Assembly (NCBI GenBank): GCA_008369845.1
Contig: MRSU01000358.1
Location: 62,001 to 101,541 of the forward strand
Origin: Trichomonas gallinae
Taxonomy: Eukaryota
Direction: 5' to 3'
DNA: 39,541 bases
A program made the translations under genes and the position numbers. Of this stretch, positions 22,158 through 31,588 are shown piece after piece (the stretch's first letter is position 1; the number at the start of each line of letters is the position of its first letter). The notes under the pieces were generated by a model that was given only the letters and a program-made list of their open reading frames with translations, searched no databases and was not told where the DNA came from.

Positions 22158-25100
22158 ATGACATCTATTGATTCCCAGCGCCTTATTGAGCAGCTCCGTG
22201 AAATGAGAAGAGCATTAGAAAATGCAGATTCTTATTCCAGGGATCGCAAAGGTTATTCTTCAGCACCAAAAAATTATAGCAGTCCTTATTCTCAACAAAA
22301 GAAGCCACAGCCAACAGAAGCACCGACTTATGGTCGTGTGAGACCTCAATACGGTGGCTATGGACAACAAAACGAAAGTCCAAAATTTACCCGCCAATAT
22401 TATCAACCAAAGCAGCCGGCTCCAATCCCACCAAGACAATATGAGCCCCCTGCCCAGCCACAGCAGTATAAAAGGACGCCTGTTTACAATCTTCCTAAAA
22501 ACGATCAATTCGGAAGTCGTTTTACAAATATCAATCAGCCACCGCGCACAACCCAACGCCCAGTTCCAAGCCCATACAATCAGCCGGTTAACATGAGAAA
22601 TCCGCTCGCTAAGAAACCATTAGATTTGTATAAGATCAATCAAATGGCTATTGACTCATCCGATGAAACATCCAGCGAATCAGACGAATCGTACTTCATG
22701 AACGACTATAAGTACGGCAGCAAAAAGAATGTTAAAACAAAGCAAAGCTTAAAGCGCTTCAATATCTCGGATTCGGACTCAGATTCGGATGGATTCGAAT
22801 ATGGACATAAATCCAGGAAGAATCATCAAAAGAAAAGCATATTCCCGTCATATCGTCAGGAAGAAGACTCTTCATCAGATGATTCCGACGAGGATGACAT
22901 CATCAGGAGATTCACACATAAGAACAAACGCTCATTAGCTACAACATCGAAGTATGAACAACCCGCGAAACAATTTCTTCAGCAAGACAGCAAAAGAGGC
23001 TTCGATTCCGGACTCGAAAGACGCCAGCAGATCAAGGCTTTCATTGCTTCTCTCGAATCTGACTCAGATTCTGATACTGATTATAATCCACACAAGCATT
23101 CGAATAAGAAGAAATACAGCTTTAGCCACTTGATTGATTCCAGCTCAGAATCCATCGAAGAAAGGCCACAGAAGAAATACAAGCCGCATTCTCATCATTC
23201 TGAGAAGCATTCCAAGAAATACGATGATTCTGACTCATCAGACGAGTCATTCCTCGGCAAATACAAGCAACAAACGAAGAAACCAGTGAAATATCAGCCA
23301 AGTTCTGATTCAAGCGAATTAATCGGAAATAAGAAACTCGCGGAGCTCCTTGCTGATTCATCTGACTCAGATTCTGAGGAAAGCTTCATCCAGAAGAAGT
23401 ATCCAGCAAATATTTCTTCACTTTCTTCTGCAAACGAGCAAATCCCACAGCAGAAGCCAAAGACACAACTCAAGAACATCAAGATTTCAGATTCCGAGGA
23501 AGAAATCAAGCCAAAGCATCAATTAAAGAATATCAAGATTTCAGATGATGAAGAAGACGCTAAACCAAAGTCAAAGCATGATCTTTCTGATGAATCTTCC
23601 ACATCCGAGCTCGTCAAGAGGGTTTTGAATGGCACACTCGGCGCTGATTCCGATGAAGATTCAGATGATGCAGAAGTCCGCGCAATCCTTAAGAAACACG
23701 AAGCTTACAAGAAGCAGGAAGAGCAGCCAAAGCCAAAGAAGGCCGAAGAGAAGCCAGGCTCGAAGTTTGACGAATTAATGAAGAAATATCTCAACGACGC
23801 TGATCTTTCCAGCGAAGATTCCGTTCAGGAGAAGAAACCATCCAACACCAAGCCAGCTGCAAAGAAGTCTCCTGTTGATGTCGATGATGAAGAAGAATCT
23901 GATATTTCCAAGAAATTCGATTTCAAGAAGATTATCCAATCCGCTGGAGACGAAGAGGAGAGCGAAGAAGAAATCAAGCCAATGAAGAAATCAGAGCCAA
24001 AGAAGCCATTTGACACAGATAAAATCTTGGCACAGATAGAAGAAGAAGATGAAGAGGAGGAAATCAAGCCAATGAAGAAATCAGAGCCAAAGAAATTCGA
24101 CGCCAGTAAAATCTTAGCTCAAATCAATGAAGAAGAAGATGAAGAAGAAATTAAGCCAATGAAGAAGACAGAGTCAAAGAAGGTTGACGCCAATAAGATT
24201 TTAGAGCAAATCGAGGAGGAAGACGAAGAAGAAATCAAGCCATTGAAGAAAGTCTTTGATACAAATAAGATTTTGTCGCAGATCGAAGAAGAAAGCGAGG
24301 AAGAGATTCCTAAGAAGCCATTTGACGTCAAGAAGTTCATTGCAGACGTCGAAGAAGAAGAGGAAGAAATCAAGCCAATGAAATCAAAGAAAGTTGAAGA
24401 GGAAGAAGACGATTTGGATGATGACAAGGAATACCAGGACATTTTGAAGCGCTATCTTAACAACAAAGACGATGCATCACAGAAATCTTCTCAAATTCCA
24501 GACGACGAGCCATCAATGCTCGACTCCGCCGACGAATCTAAGGAAGAACAGATTCCTCTTCCAAAGTTCGCAGAGAAAGAAACCAAAGACGAAGAAGAAA
24601 GCTCTGAAATTGATGATGAAGAAATCGAGAGAAGAATCGCAGAAATCAGAGCCCGCAATAAGCAGGAGCAAGAGAAGAACGAGCAAATCGAAGAAGATGC
24701 CGATGACGAAGAAATCGAACCGAAATCTGTGAAGAAAGCCGACGAAGAGGAAGATGAAGGCATCGAATCTCTTGATGATGAAGATAAGAGACTCCTTAAG
24801 GCAGCCAAAGATCTATCTTCTGAGCCAGCTTTCGGATTCGCATCTGATGAAGAGGAAGAATTCGATTCTAAGAAGGAATCAGGATCTCCAAAGCCACACT
24901 TCAGAGACTTTGACGCAGAAATCGACATGGAAGAGTCAGAACAAGAAATCAAGCCAAAAGTTGAAGAAAAGAAATCTTCTACTGCTAAAGTTGAAGAAAA
25001 GAAATCTTCTCCTGTTAAAGCCGAGGAAATGAAGTCATCACCAGCTAAAGTCGAAGAAAAGAAGTCATCGCCTGTTAAATCTCCACCAGTTCAAGGAAAA

Positions 25101-26381
25101 GTTCAGAAAGAAATAATGCAAATTGAAGAAGAAGACGAAGAAGAGCTAATTCTTAATAAGAGCAAGACTCTTGATTCAGAGGAAGAAGTCCATGAGCAGC
25201 ACCAAGAGGAAGAAGCATCAGAAAAGCTTGATGACGACATCAAGATCGAAGGCGATGATGAAGAAGATCACGATGATTTCGATCCACGTAAGTTTTTAGA
25301 GGACCTTAAGAAAGAGCATCTCAAAACTACAGAGCCAGAAATCAAAGAGCCAGAGGCAATCATTAACGAAGAAGAAGAAAACAACAAAGTAGAAGAAGAT
25401 GAAGAAGAAGGTGACCTCGACGACCTCGAGAATCTCACAGTTGACCAGCTCCTCAAGAAATACGCAATTTCCAAGGATTCTGATCTCCTCGAAGAAGAAG
25501 ACGAAGAAGCTCATAAGCAAGAGGAAGAACAGCCTAAACAGGAGGAAGAAAAGGTTGACGATGATATTCTAAAGAGTGATAATGATATTGATGACATCAA
25601 GCCAAGTGATGATGATGATAATATACTGAACATCATCAAGAAATTCACCGACGAAGAAGAAGAGGAAGAAATAAAGGTCAAAGTTGATGAAGAGGAAGAT
25701 GAAGCCAAAGCTGAAGATGAAGAAGCCAAAGCTGAAGATGAAGAAGCCAAAGCTGAAGATGAAGAAGCCAAAGCTGAAGATGAAGAAGTCAAAGTTGATG
25801 ATGAAGAAATCAAACTTGATGATGAAGAGATCAATGTTGGTCACGAAGAAGAGGAAGAAGTCAAGGAAGTCCAAAAGTCGCAGTCACCTAAGAAGTCTAT
25901 TGTCGAGAAAAGTGATGAAGAAGAGGACGAACTTGATGATGCTTATTTGCACAACCTTCTCAATAAAATCAAGAAGGAAATTCCAAAGGATGAATTGGAA
26001 GAAGACAACAACGACGAGCCAGTCAATGTTGGTGGCGCCGTAGAAGAAGTAAAAGATGATGAAGAAAAAGTTGTTGTTAATGAAGAAGAGGAAGAAGCGC
26101 ACAAAGAAAAGGGCGAAGAAGAAGATATTGATATAGAAATCAAGTTTGAAGAAGAGGAAATCCACGAAAATGCTGCTGCTAACGAAGAAGACGAGAATGA
26201 TGAAGAATTGTTCAAGGGAATAATGAGCAAGATTAAAGATGAAAAACTCGAAGCAACTCATACAAATGTTGACATAGAGGAAGAAGATGACGACGATGAT
26301 TTCGATCTTGATGCTGTAATGAAGAAATATAACCTCACAAAAGAAGATTTAGATGATGATGAGGAAGACGAAGAGATATAA
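22158..26381 (+). CDS. Large acidic low-complexity repeat protein, function unknown
   Basis: 1407-codon uninterrupted ORF: P/Q/Y-rich N-terminus, Ser/Asp tracts, EEEIKPMKK repeats and an E/D-rich C-terminal half; ends in TAAA. Confidence 0.8.
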   Translation: MTSIDSQRLIEQLREMRRALENADSYSRDRKGYSSAPKNYSSPYSQQKKPQPTEAPTYGRVRPQYGGYGQQNESPKFTRQYYQPKQPAPIPPRQYEPPAQPQQYKRTPVYNLPKNDQFGSRFTNINQPPRTTQRPVPSPYNQPVNMRNPLAKKPLDLYKINQMAIDSSDETSSESDESYFMNDYKYGSKKNVKTKQSLKRFNISDSDSDSDGFEYGHKSRKNHQKKSIFPSYRQEEDSSSDDSDEDDIIRRFTHKNKRSLATTSKYEQPAKQFLQQDSKRGFDSGLERRQQIKAFIASLESDSDSDTDYNPHKHSNKKKYSFSHLIDSSSESIEERPQKKYKPHSHHSEKHSKKYDDSDSSDESFLGKYKQQTKKPVKYQPSSDSSELIGNKKLAELLADSSDSDSEESFIQKKYPANISSLSSANEQIPQQKPKTQLKNIKISDSEEEIKPKHQLKNIKISDDEEDAKPKSKHDLSDESSTSELVKRVLNGTLGADSDEDSDDAEVRAILKKHEAYKKQEEQPKPKKAEEKPGSKFDELMKKYLNDADLSSEDSVQEKKPSNTKPAAKKSPVDVDDEEESDISKKFDFKKIIQSAGDEEESEEEIKPMKKSEPKKPFDTDKILAQIEEEDEEEEIKPMKKSEPKKFDASKILAQINEEEDEEEIKPMKKTESKKVDANKILEQIEEEDEEEIKPLKKVFDTNKILSQIEEESEEEIPKKPFDVKKFIADVEEEEEEIKPMKSKKVEEEEDDLDDDKEYQDILKRYLNNKDDASQKSSQIPDDEPSMLDSADESKEEQIPLPKFAEKETKDEEESSEIDDEEIERRIAEIRARNKQEQEKNEQIEEDADDEEIEPKSVKKADEEEDEGIESLDDEDKRLLKAAKDLSSEPAFGFASDEEEEFDSKKESGSPKPHFRDFDAEIDMEESEQEIKPKVEEKKSSTAKVEEKKSSPVKAEEMKSSPAKVEEKKSSPVKSPPVQGKVQKEIMQIEEEDEEELILNKSKTLDSEEEVHEQHQEEEASEKLDDDIKIEGDDEEDHDDFDPRKFLEDLKKEHLKTTEPEIKEPEAIINEEEENNKVEEDEEEGDLDDLENLTVDQLLKKYAISKDSDLLEEEDEEAHKQEEEQPKQEEEKVDDDILKSDNDIDDIKPSDDDDNILNIIKKFTDEEEEEEIKVKVDEEEDEAKAEDEEAKAEDEEAKAEDEEAKAEDEEVKVDDEEIKLDDEEINVGHEEEEEVKEVQKSQSPKKSIVEKSDEEEDELDDAYLHNLLNKIKKEIPKDELEEDNNDEPVNVGGAVEEVKDDEEKVVVNEEEEEAHKEKGEEEDIDIEIKFEEEEIHENAAANEEDENDEELFKGIMSKIKDEKLEATHTNVDIEEEDDDDDFDLDAVMKKYNLTKEDLDDDEEDEEI
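25701..25826 (+). repeat. 21-bp coding tandem repeat (EAKAEDE x4 plus 2 degenerate units)
   Basis: gaagccaaagctgaagatgaa occurs 4 times exactly at 25701-25784, followed by two variants. Confidence 0.9.
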
Positions 26382-26591
26382 ATTTATTTGATTTTTTTAT
26401 TATAAAAGATATTTTTTATTAATTAGGCAATATTGGTATTTATCCTTCAAAGATGTATTTATCATGACACAATGTGGATGTAAATATATTATATAATCAA
26501 GTCAGAATTTTGTCATTACCATTTTACATGTCAAAAATAATTTGTCAGAATTATATTTTACGTGTCAAAAATATTTTGTCTTTGAGATCTG

Positions 26592-26596
26592 TCACT
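26592..26596 (+). promoter_or_regulatory. Initiator (Inr)-like element TCACT
   Basis: TCACTTTTT 15 nt upstream of ATG 26607, matching the trichomonad Inr consensus TCA+1YW in position and sequence. Confidence 0.65.
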
Positions 26597-26606
26597 TTTT
26601 AAAACA

Positions 26607-27335
26607 ATGTTTGGAAAAACAGGCGCATCGGGATCAACAACAGGTGCTGCAAGTACACCTGCAGCAGGCACAGGATCCACCACAACAGGCAGTGTATTAG
26701 GAGGAGGCTCCGCATTAGGAGGCACTTCTAAATTAGGAGGTGGTCTTGGTAGCAGCCTAGGTGGAGGCTTAGGAAAAAAGGAAGCGGCCCCACTTGAAAT
26801 TCCTCAAGAATTAAAGGGCAAAACAATTAAAGCAATTCTCGAACAATTTGAAAAACAACTTGATGAACAAGTTAGACAATTCCAAACACAAGCTAGACAA
26901 GTTGCTCGTTGGGATCGTGAAATTTTCGAATGCATTGCGCTTATGCAGCATCTTGAAGCTCAGATAATAACAGTTGAAGGAGCTCAAAAGGAACTCAACC
27001 AGACAACAAAGAGTCTTCTCGAAGAACAGACAGAATTCATCAATACTCTTAGAGAAGAAAAGGACAAAATCCAGAATCCAGAATCTGTAGATCAGCGCCA
27101 GCGTCTTTACCGCTTGGCATTTGACCTCAGCAACGAATTTATCACTATGGAAAATACGTTGAAAGGAATTGTTGAACAAGCAGACAAGACATCTAATGAA
27201 AATTACACCGAAGTCGACAAGATCGAGCAAATCGCTAACTGTCACCTTGATGCCATGAGATGGATTGAGCACATGAGCACAACACTTGAAGAGAAACTTG
27301 ATAATCTCTCCAAGAAACTTCAATCAATGCAATAA
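26607..27335 (+). CDS. Nucleoporin Nup62/Nsp1-like (Nsp1_C coiled coil)
   Basis: LKGKTIKAILEQFEKQLDEQVRQFQTQARQVARWDREI and IEQIANCHLDAMRWIE match the Nsp1/Nup62 C-terminal domain; short Gly/Thr/Ser-rich N-terminus. Confidence 0.85.
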   Translation: MFGKTGASGSTTGAASTPAAGTGSTTTGSVLGGGSALGGTSKLGGGLGSSLGGGLGKKEAAPLEIPQELKGKTIKAILEQFEKQLDEQVRQFQTQARQVARWDREIFECIALMQHLEAQIITVEGAQKELNQTTKSLLEEQTEFINTLREEKDKIQNPESVDQRQRLYRLAFDLSNEFITMENTLKGIVEQADKTSNENYTEVDKIEQIANCHLDAMRWIEHMSTTLEEKLDNLSKKLQSMQ

Positions 27336-28003
27336 ATAAGATACTAAATAGAGTTAGCTGTTGAAAATAAATTTAATTATCCGAGTTCCTTTTTTATTTT
27401 TATAATTTCAAAACCTTGAGAATCATTAAATAGTACTATAATATAAGTTTACAACCTTTTGTATTGAGTTGAAATTCAGTTTAGTGTAGAGCAAATATGA
27501 AAGTATATTATTTACACTAAGAACATAAGAGAAACAAGGTCTCTTTTATTTGATTTTTTTCTTCTTATAGATTGTGTTGATGCATCTCTTCATTTAAATT
27601 TATTATAATTTGAATTTCGAAAATGCAGTTCGAAACAAAAGGGTACAAATATGTAGCAAAAATGGGTTAAAACTTCGCACTTAGATATTACACATATGAA
27701 AAATATAATGAAATTACGGTGTTGCCGATAAATCTGACTCTAACTAATATATACATCCTCGAGTATCTATAGGTACAATATCTGAGCACTAACGCAATAG
27801 GATAAAACGGAAAGGAAAAATTTTAAAAATACATTTCTGACATTTTGTCAAAAAATCATCAAGAAGAACCCCTAAATAAATCTTCAAACCCCCTTTAAAA
27901 TGAAATCCCCTAAATAAATATTTCAACCCCTAAACAAATATCGAACAAAGATATTCAAAAATTGACCGGAAAAAACTGCTCGAAAAAAATTTTTTTTTTG
28001 TAG

Positions 28004-30337
28004 ATGACTCAACCTCTTGCTGAATTTATTGCTTCTGTTAGACTTGCAGATAGCGTCGAGCACGAGAGGTTTCTAATTAACAGCGAGCAAGCCGATATTA
28101 GAAATTATATTCGCGAATGCGATCCGATCTTTAGACCGAGAATTGTTTCTAAAATGATATTTCTCGCAACATTAGGCGAAAGCGTCGCATATGGACAGAT
28201 GGAAGTACTCACGTTAATGAGTCACGATGTTTTCAGTTATAAAAGAATTGGATATATCGCTGCAGCGACAATGCTCGATGAATCCTCGGAATTAACAGTC
28301 CTTATTACACACACAATTACAAAAGATCTTCAATCAATGGATTATCGCATCCAATGTTTAGCATTATCATTATTGGCGAATATCGGCTCTGCTGAGATGT
28401 GCAGATCCGTTACAACAGAAGTTCAGAAGCTTATAGATTCTCCAGAGCCAGCTGTTATGAAGCGTGCCGCTATGGCTGCCGTTAGAATCGTTGAACGCGT
28501 CCCAGAGCTTGCAGAAAACTTCAAACAGTCCGTTCAGCATTTACTCAAACACGGTTCTCATGGTGTTGTCATCGCTGCAATCAATCTTATGTCTCATATT
28601 ATATTAAATGATTCGTCATTCATCGCTGGATGGGAGAAATACGCTCCAGCATTTACAAAAATATTGAAACAACTCAACACTTCAAAGGCAAGTCGCGAAT
28701 TTTCGTTTACAGTTTTCAACGATCCGTTTTTACAGATTCGTATAATGAAAGTTCTTTCAATCCTCAAGAAGCCAAGTGATGACCTCGATGATACACTCGA
28801 AGCCATCGCTACTGGTGTAGAAATCAAGAGAAACACAGGCCGCGCATTATTATTCCAGGCCGTCGAAACAATCGTTGCCACAGCTAAGAAGCCATCGTTG
28901 AGAGGTCTCGCATTCGCCCAGATCGGCCGTTTGTTCCAATTCAAGGAAGCCAACGTTTTATATTCCGCACTTTCAGTTTTCTCACGCGTTCTTTATCAGG
29001 GACGTGAAATTATCGATCGTACATCCGGTGATTCCATCGCTCTTCAGCGCTACAAGACTCAAGTCGTTCAATGCTTGAATCACAGAGATCCATCCATCCG
29101 CCGTCGCGCTTTGGATGTCGTTTCTGCTCTTGTTGACGAAAAGAACGTCGAGACCCTTATCCCAGAAGTCTTAGATTACGTCAAACTCGCAGATTCTGAA
29201 TTCAGAGCTGAACTTGTTGCTAAAATCTTCACAGCTGTCCAAAGATTCGCGCCAAATCCGATTTGGAACTTCGATACAATCCACAGAATCCTCATAGATA
29301 GCGGCAACTACGTTGGTGCCGACATTATTACATCAATCAGCCGTTTGTTGATCCACACACCTGCTCTACAGCCTCACGCTGTCCGCCAGCTCGGTGGCAG
29401 CCTGATGAACTTCTCAGACAACCAGACACTCATTCAAGTTTCAGCTTGGGTCATCGGCGAATTCTCTACAGCAGACGAAGGCAGCTACGACAACCTCAGG
29501 CAGATCATGGCACTCCCACAGACTACAGACCAGACTAAGGGCTACATTATTACAGCCCTCTCCAAGCTCGCTGTCCGCTTCAACAAGAAGCCAGAGACAA
29601 TCGAGTTCCTCAAGACTTTGTCAAACTCAACAAACTTGGACGTGCAGCAGCGCTCTACAGAAATGACACTTTTGCTCCAGAACCAGGACCTCTGCGACGA
29701 AGTTTTGGCTCCTGTAGAGTCTGACAAGCAGGAAGGTGCAGCCCTCATCGTCGAATCATCGAAGCAGGACGAGGACTTGCTCATCGACATCGCAGGAACA
29801 TCGAAGCCACAGCAACCAGCCGTCTCGTCAAATCCAATCGACGACTTGCTCGGATTGAGTGGAACAAGCAACACTCAGAAAGCTACACAAGACATCCAAT
29901 CTGTTTTACAGCAGAAACCAGTACAACAACAGCCACAGCAGCAGCAACAACAGCAGCCAAACCCAGCTGTTCCACAGCCACGTCCAGGCAGCGTTGAAGC
30001 GCTGCGTAAGTCCGACTATATGTTTTATTTCGAAATCAAGCAGAATCCAAAGAATCCTAACCAGTTCGCGATCAGAGTTTCAGTGTTCGGACTCGGCACA
30101 CAGCCACTCAATAACTTCGTCGTCAAGTATGGCGTTCCGATCGGCTGGCAGTTAAATGCTTCGGCGCCATCTGGCAACAGACTGGAGCCATCTGGCGGTC
30201 AGCCAATTGTTCAGAACCTCATGCTGAACAACGCAGGAAACGCAAGGCTTCAGATGAAGGTACAGATCCAGTACATGTATGGTTCGCAGCCAATTGTTGA
30301 AACAGGTGAAATCAACAGCCAGATATTTGGTGCATAA
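28004..30337 (+). CDS. AP-1 complex gamma adaptin (trunk, hinge, ear)
   Basis: LAEFIASVR, YGQMEVLTL, KRIGY, DPFLQIRIM, DPSIRRRALD, WVIGEF, DVQQRS; Q/P-rich hinge with DLL motifs and a C-terminal gamma-ear-like beta domain. Confidence 0.9.
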   Translation: MTQPLAEFIASVRLADSVEHERFLINSEQADIRNYIRECDPIFRPRIVSKMIFLATLGESVAYGQMEVLTLMSHDVFSYKRIGYIAAATMLDESSELTVLITHTITKDLQSMDYRIQCLALSLLANIGSAEMCRSVTTEVQKLIDSPEPAVMKRAAMAAVRIVERVPELAENFKQSVQHLLKHGSHGVVIAAINLMSHIILNDSSFIAGWEKYAPAFTKILKQLNTSKASREFSFTVFNDPFLQIRIMKVLSILKKPSDDLDDTLEAIATGVEIKRNTGRALLFQAVETIVATAKKPSLRGLAFAQIGRLFQFKEANVLYSALSVFSRVLYQGREIIDRTSGDSIALQRYKTQVVQCLNHRDPSIRRRALDVVSALVDEKNVETLIPEVLDYVKLADSEFRAELVAKIFTAVQRFAPNPIWNFDTIHRILIDSGNYVGADIITSISRLLIHTPALQPHAVRQLGGSLMNFSDNQTLIQVSAWVIGEFSTADEGSYDNLRQIMALPQTTDQTKGYIITALSKLAVRFNKKPETIEFLKTLSNSTNLDVQQRSTEMTLLLQNQDLCDEVLAPVESDKQEGAALIVESSKQDEDLLIDIAGTSKPQQPAVSSNPIDDLLGLSGTSNTQKATQDIQSVLQQKPVQQQPQQQQQQQPNPAVPQPRPGSVEALRKSDYMFYFEIKQNPKNPNQFAIRVSVFGLGTQPLNNFVVKYGVPIGWQLNASAPSGNRLEPSGGQPIVQNLMLNNAGNARLQMKVQIQYMYGSQPIVETGEINSQIFGA

Positions 30338-30486
30338 ATAAATAAAAATTTGACTTTTTTAGAATTTTTTTTGACACGATTTTAAACGTCGAATTTTTCT
30401 TTTTTAGAAAACAAAAATCGATTTTACATGCATTTCATCTGAAAATTGATAAAAATGGTATCATAGGATACTAAATTGCGCAATGA

Positions 30487-31339
30487 ATTTTCAGTCTAAA
30501 GAAGTACAACAAATCACAAGACGACGACTGGTGTAAAACAACATAGAACTTCATACGCTGGGCAACAGGTTTTACGAACACTATAACGATTAACGACACT
30601 TATCACAGATCTCAGTGCGAATGTGCACTCTACAACTACTTCTATGACAACGTGACGCACGGTCCTGTTGAGACAGGTAAATGCTACTCAAAAGGCGCCA
30701 ACGAAGGCTGTGAATCATCAAACCTCGCGTGGGGATACGCGCATACGGAGAGAGCGATAGCTGGGTACTACTGGGACGTATACACTCCGTCGCTGGGTCA
30801 CAGGTGCTGGATTCTGTCGGCGTCAATGAAGGAAACTTCGTTTTGTGGAGTCGGCGCTTATAGCGCCTTGAAAACAATTCACATGGAAAGAGAGCATGAA
30901 TACGTGGAAATAGGCAGCAAAGAAATTCCATTTAGAGCCGTTCCTCATCCTGGTCTGATTGACACGTGGCAAAATGGAACTATTGTCCCTCACTTGTATG
31001 AGAGATTTTCGCAATACAATTATGTCTTTGCTCCAATTATCACGCGGGAGTTCAACGTACATTATCGACATTGACTGTAGCAACATCTCGTGGTCGTACG
31101 AGAGCTTTTCTATGAACTGTTCGATCGATGTTTCGGACCTGGAGTTCGATAAGCAGATTGGAAGGAAGTCTCACGGCGTTTACTAGGAAGATGCAATCAA
31201 ATACTTCTTAATCGCTCTTTTTATTGCTGTGGTTTTATCAATAGCGATTTCCATTTATGTTGCTAAAAAAGGTTTATCGGAGCCAAAGCAGCAGCAAATA
31301 GATAAAATGACCACTCTGAAGAGATTCCTTGTAAAGTAA
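30487..31339 (+). pseudogene. Disrupted CAP/SCP-domain single-pass membrane protein
   Basis: Reconstructed: ...CKTT*NFIRWATGF...SSNLAWG...YYWDVYTPSLGHRCWILS...RAVPHPG, then a frameshift near 31040-31070, then ...HGVY*EDAIKYFLIALFIAVVLSIAISIYVAKK...FLVK*. In-frame TAG at 30544 and 31184. 5' boundary approximate. Confidence 0.65.
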
Positions 31340-31588
31340 AATTCATGATTATAATATCGTTTGAAACCAATATATGTATTTCACATAATTGAAAATTTTT
31401 GCTCATTATGATGAGCTAGTGGTTGTTGTGGATATGCTTTAACTACCCTATTATCAACTAAAAATGATTCAATGGCTTTTTAATGAAGCACAAATGAGAG
31501 CTGCAATGATATCTTTGTGTTTTTGACACGTAAATGATATTACACAGCATTTAATATTAAGGTTAATTCATTTTTTAAAAAATCGCCA

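Noticed and set aside
23825..26261. Many antisense and alternate-frame ORFs (poly-Ser, poly-Phe, MKKPKLK repeats)
   Set aside because: Shadows of the GAA/GAT-rich coding strand of the acidic protein.
30544..31186. TAG reassignment (alternative genetic code) suggested by two in-frame TAGs
   Set aside because: TAG ends the Myb and first BspA genes at plausible termini, the long intact ORFs have no internal TAG, and the same locus also has a frameshift.
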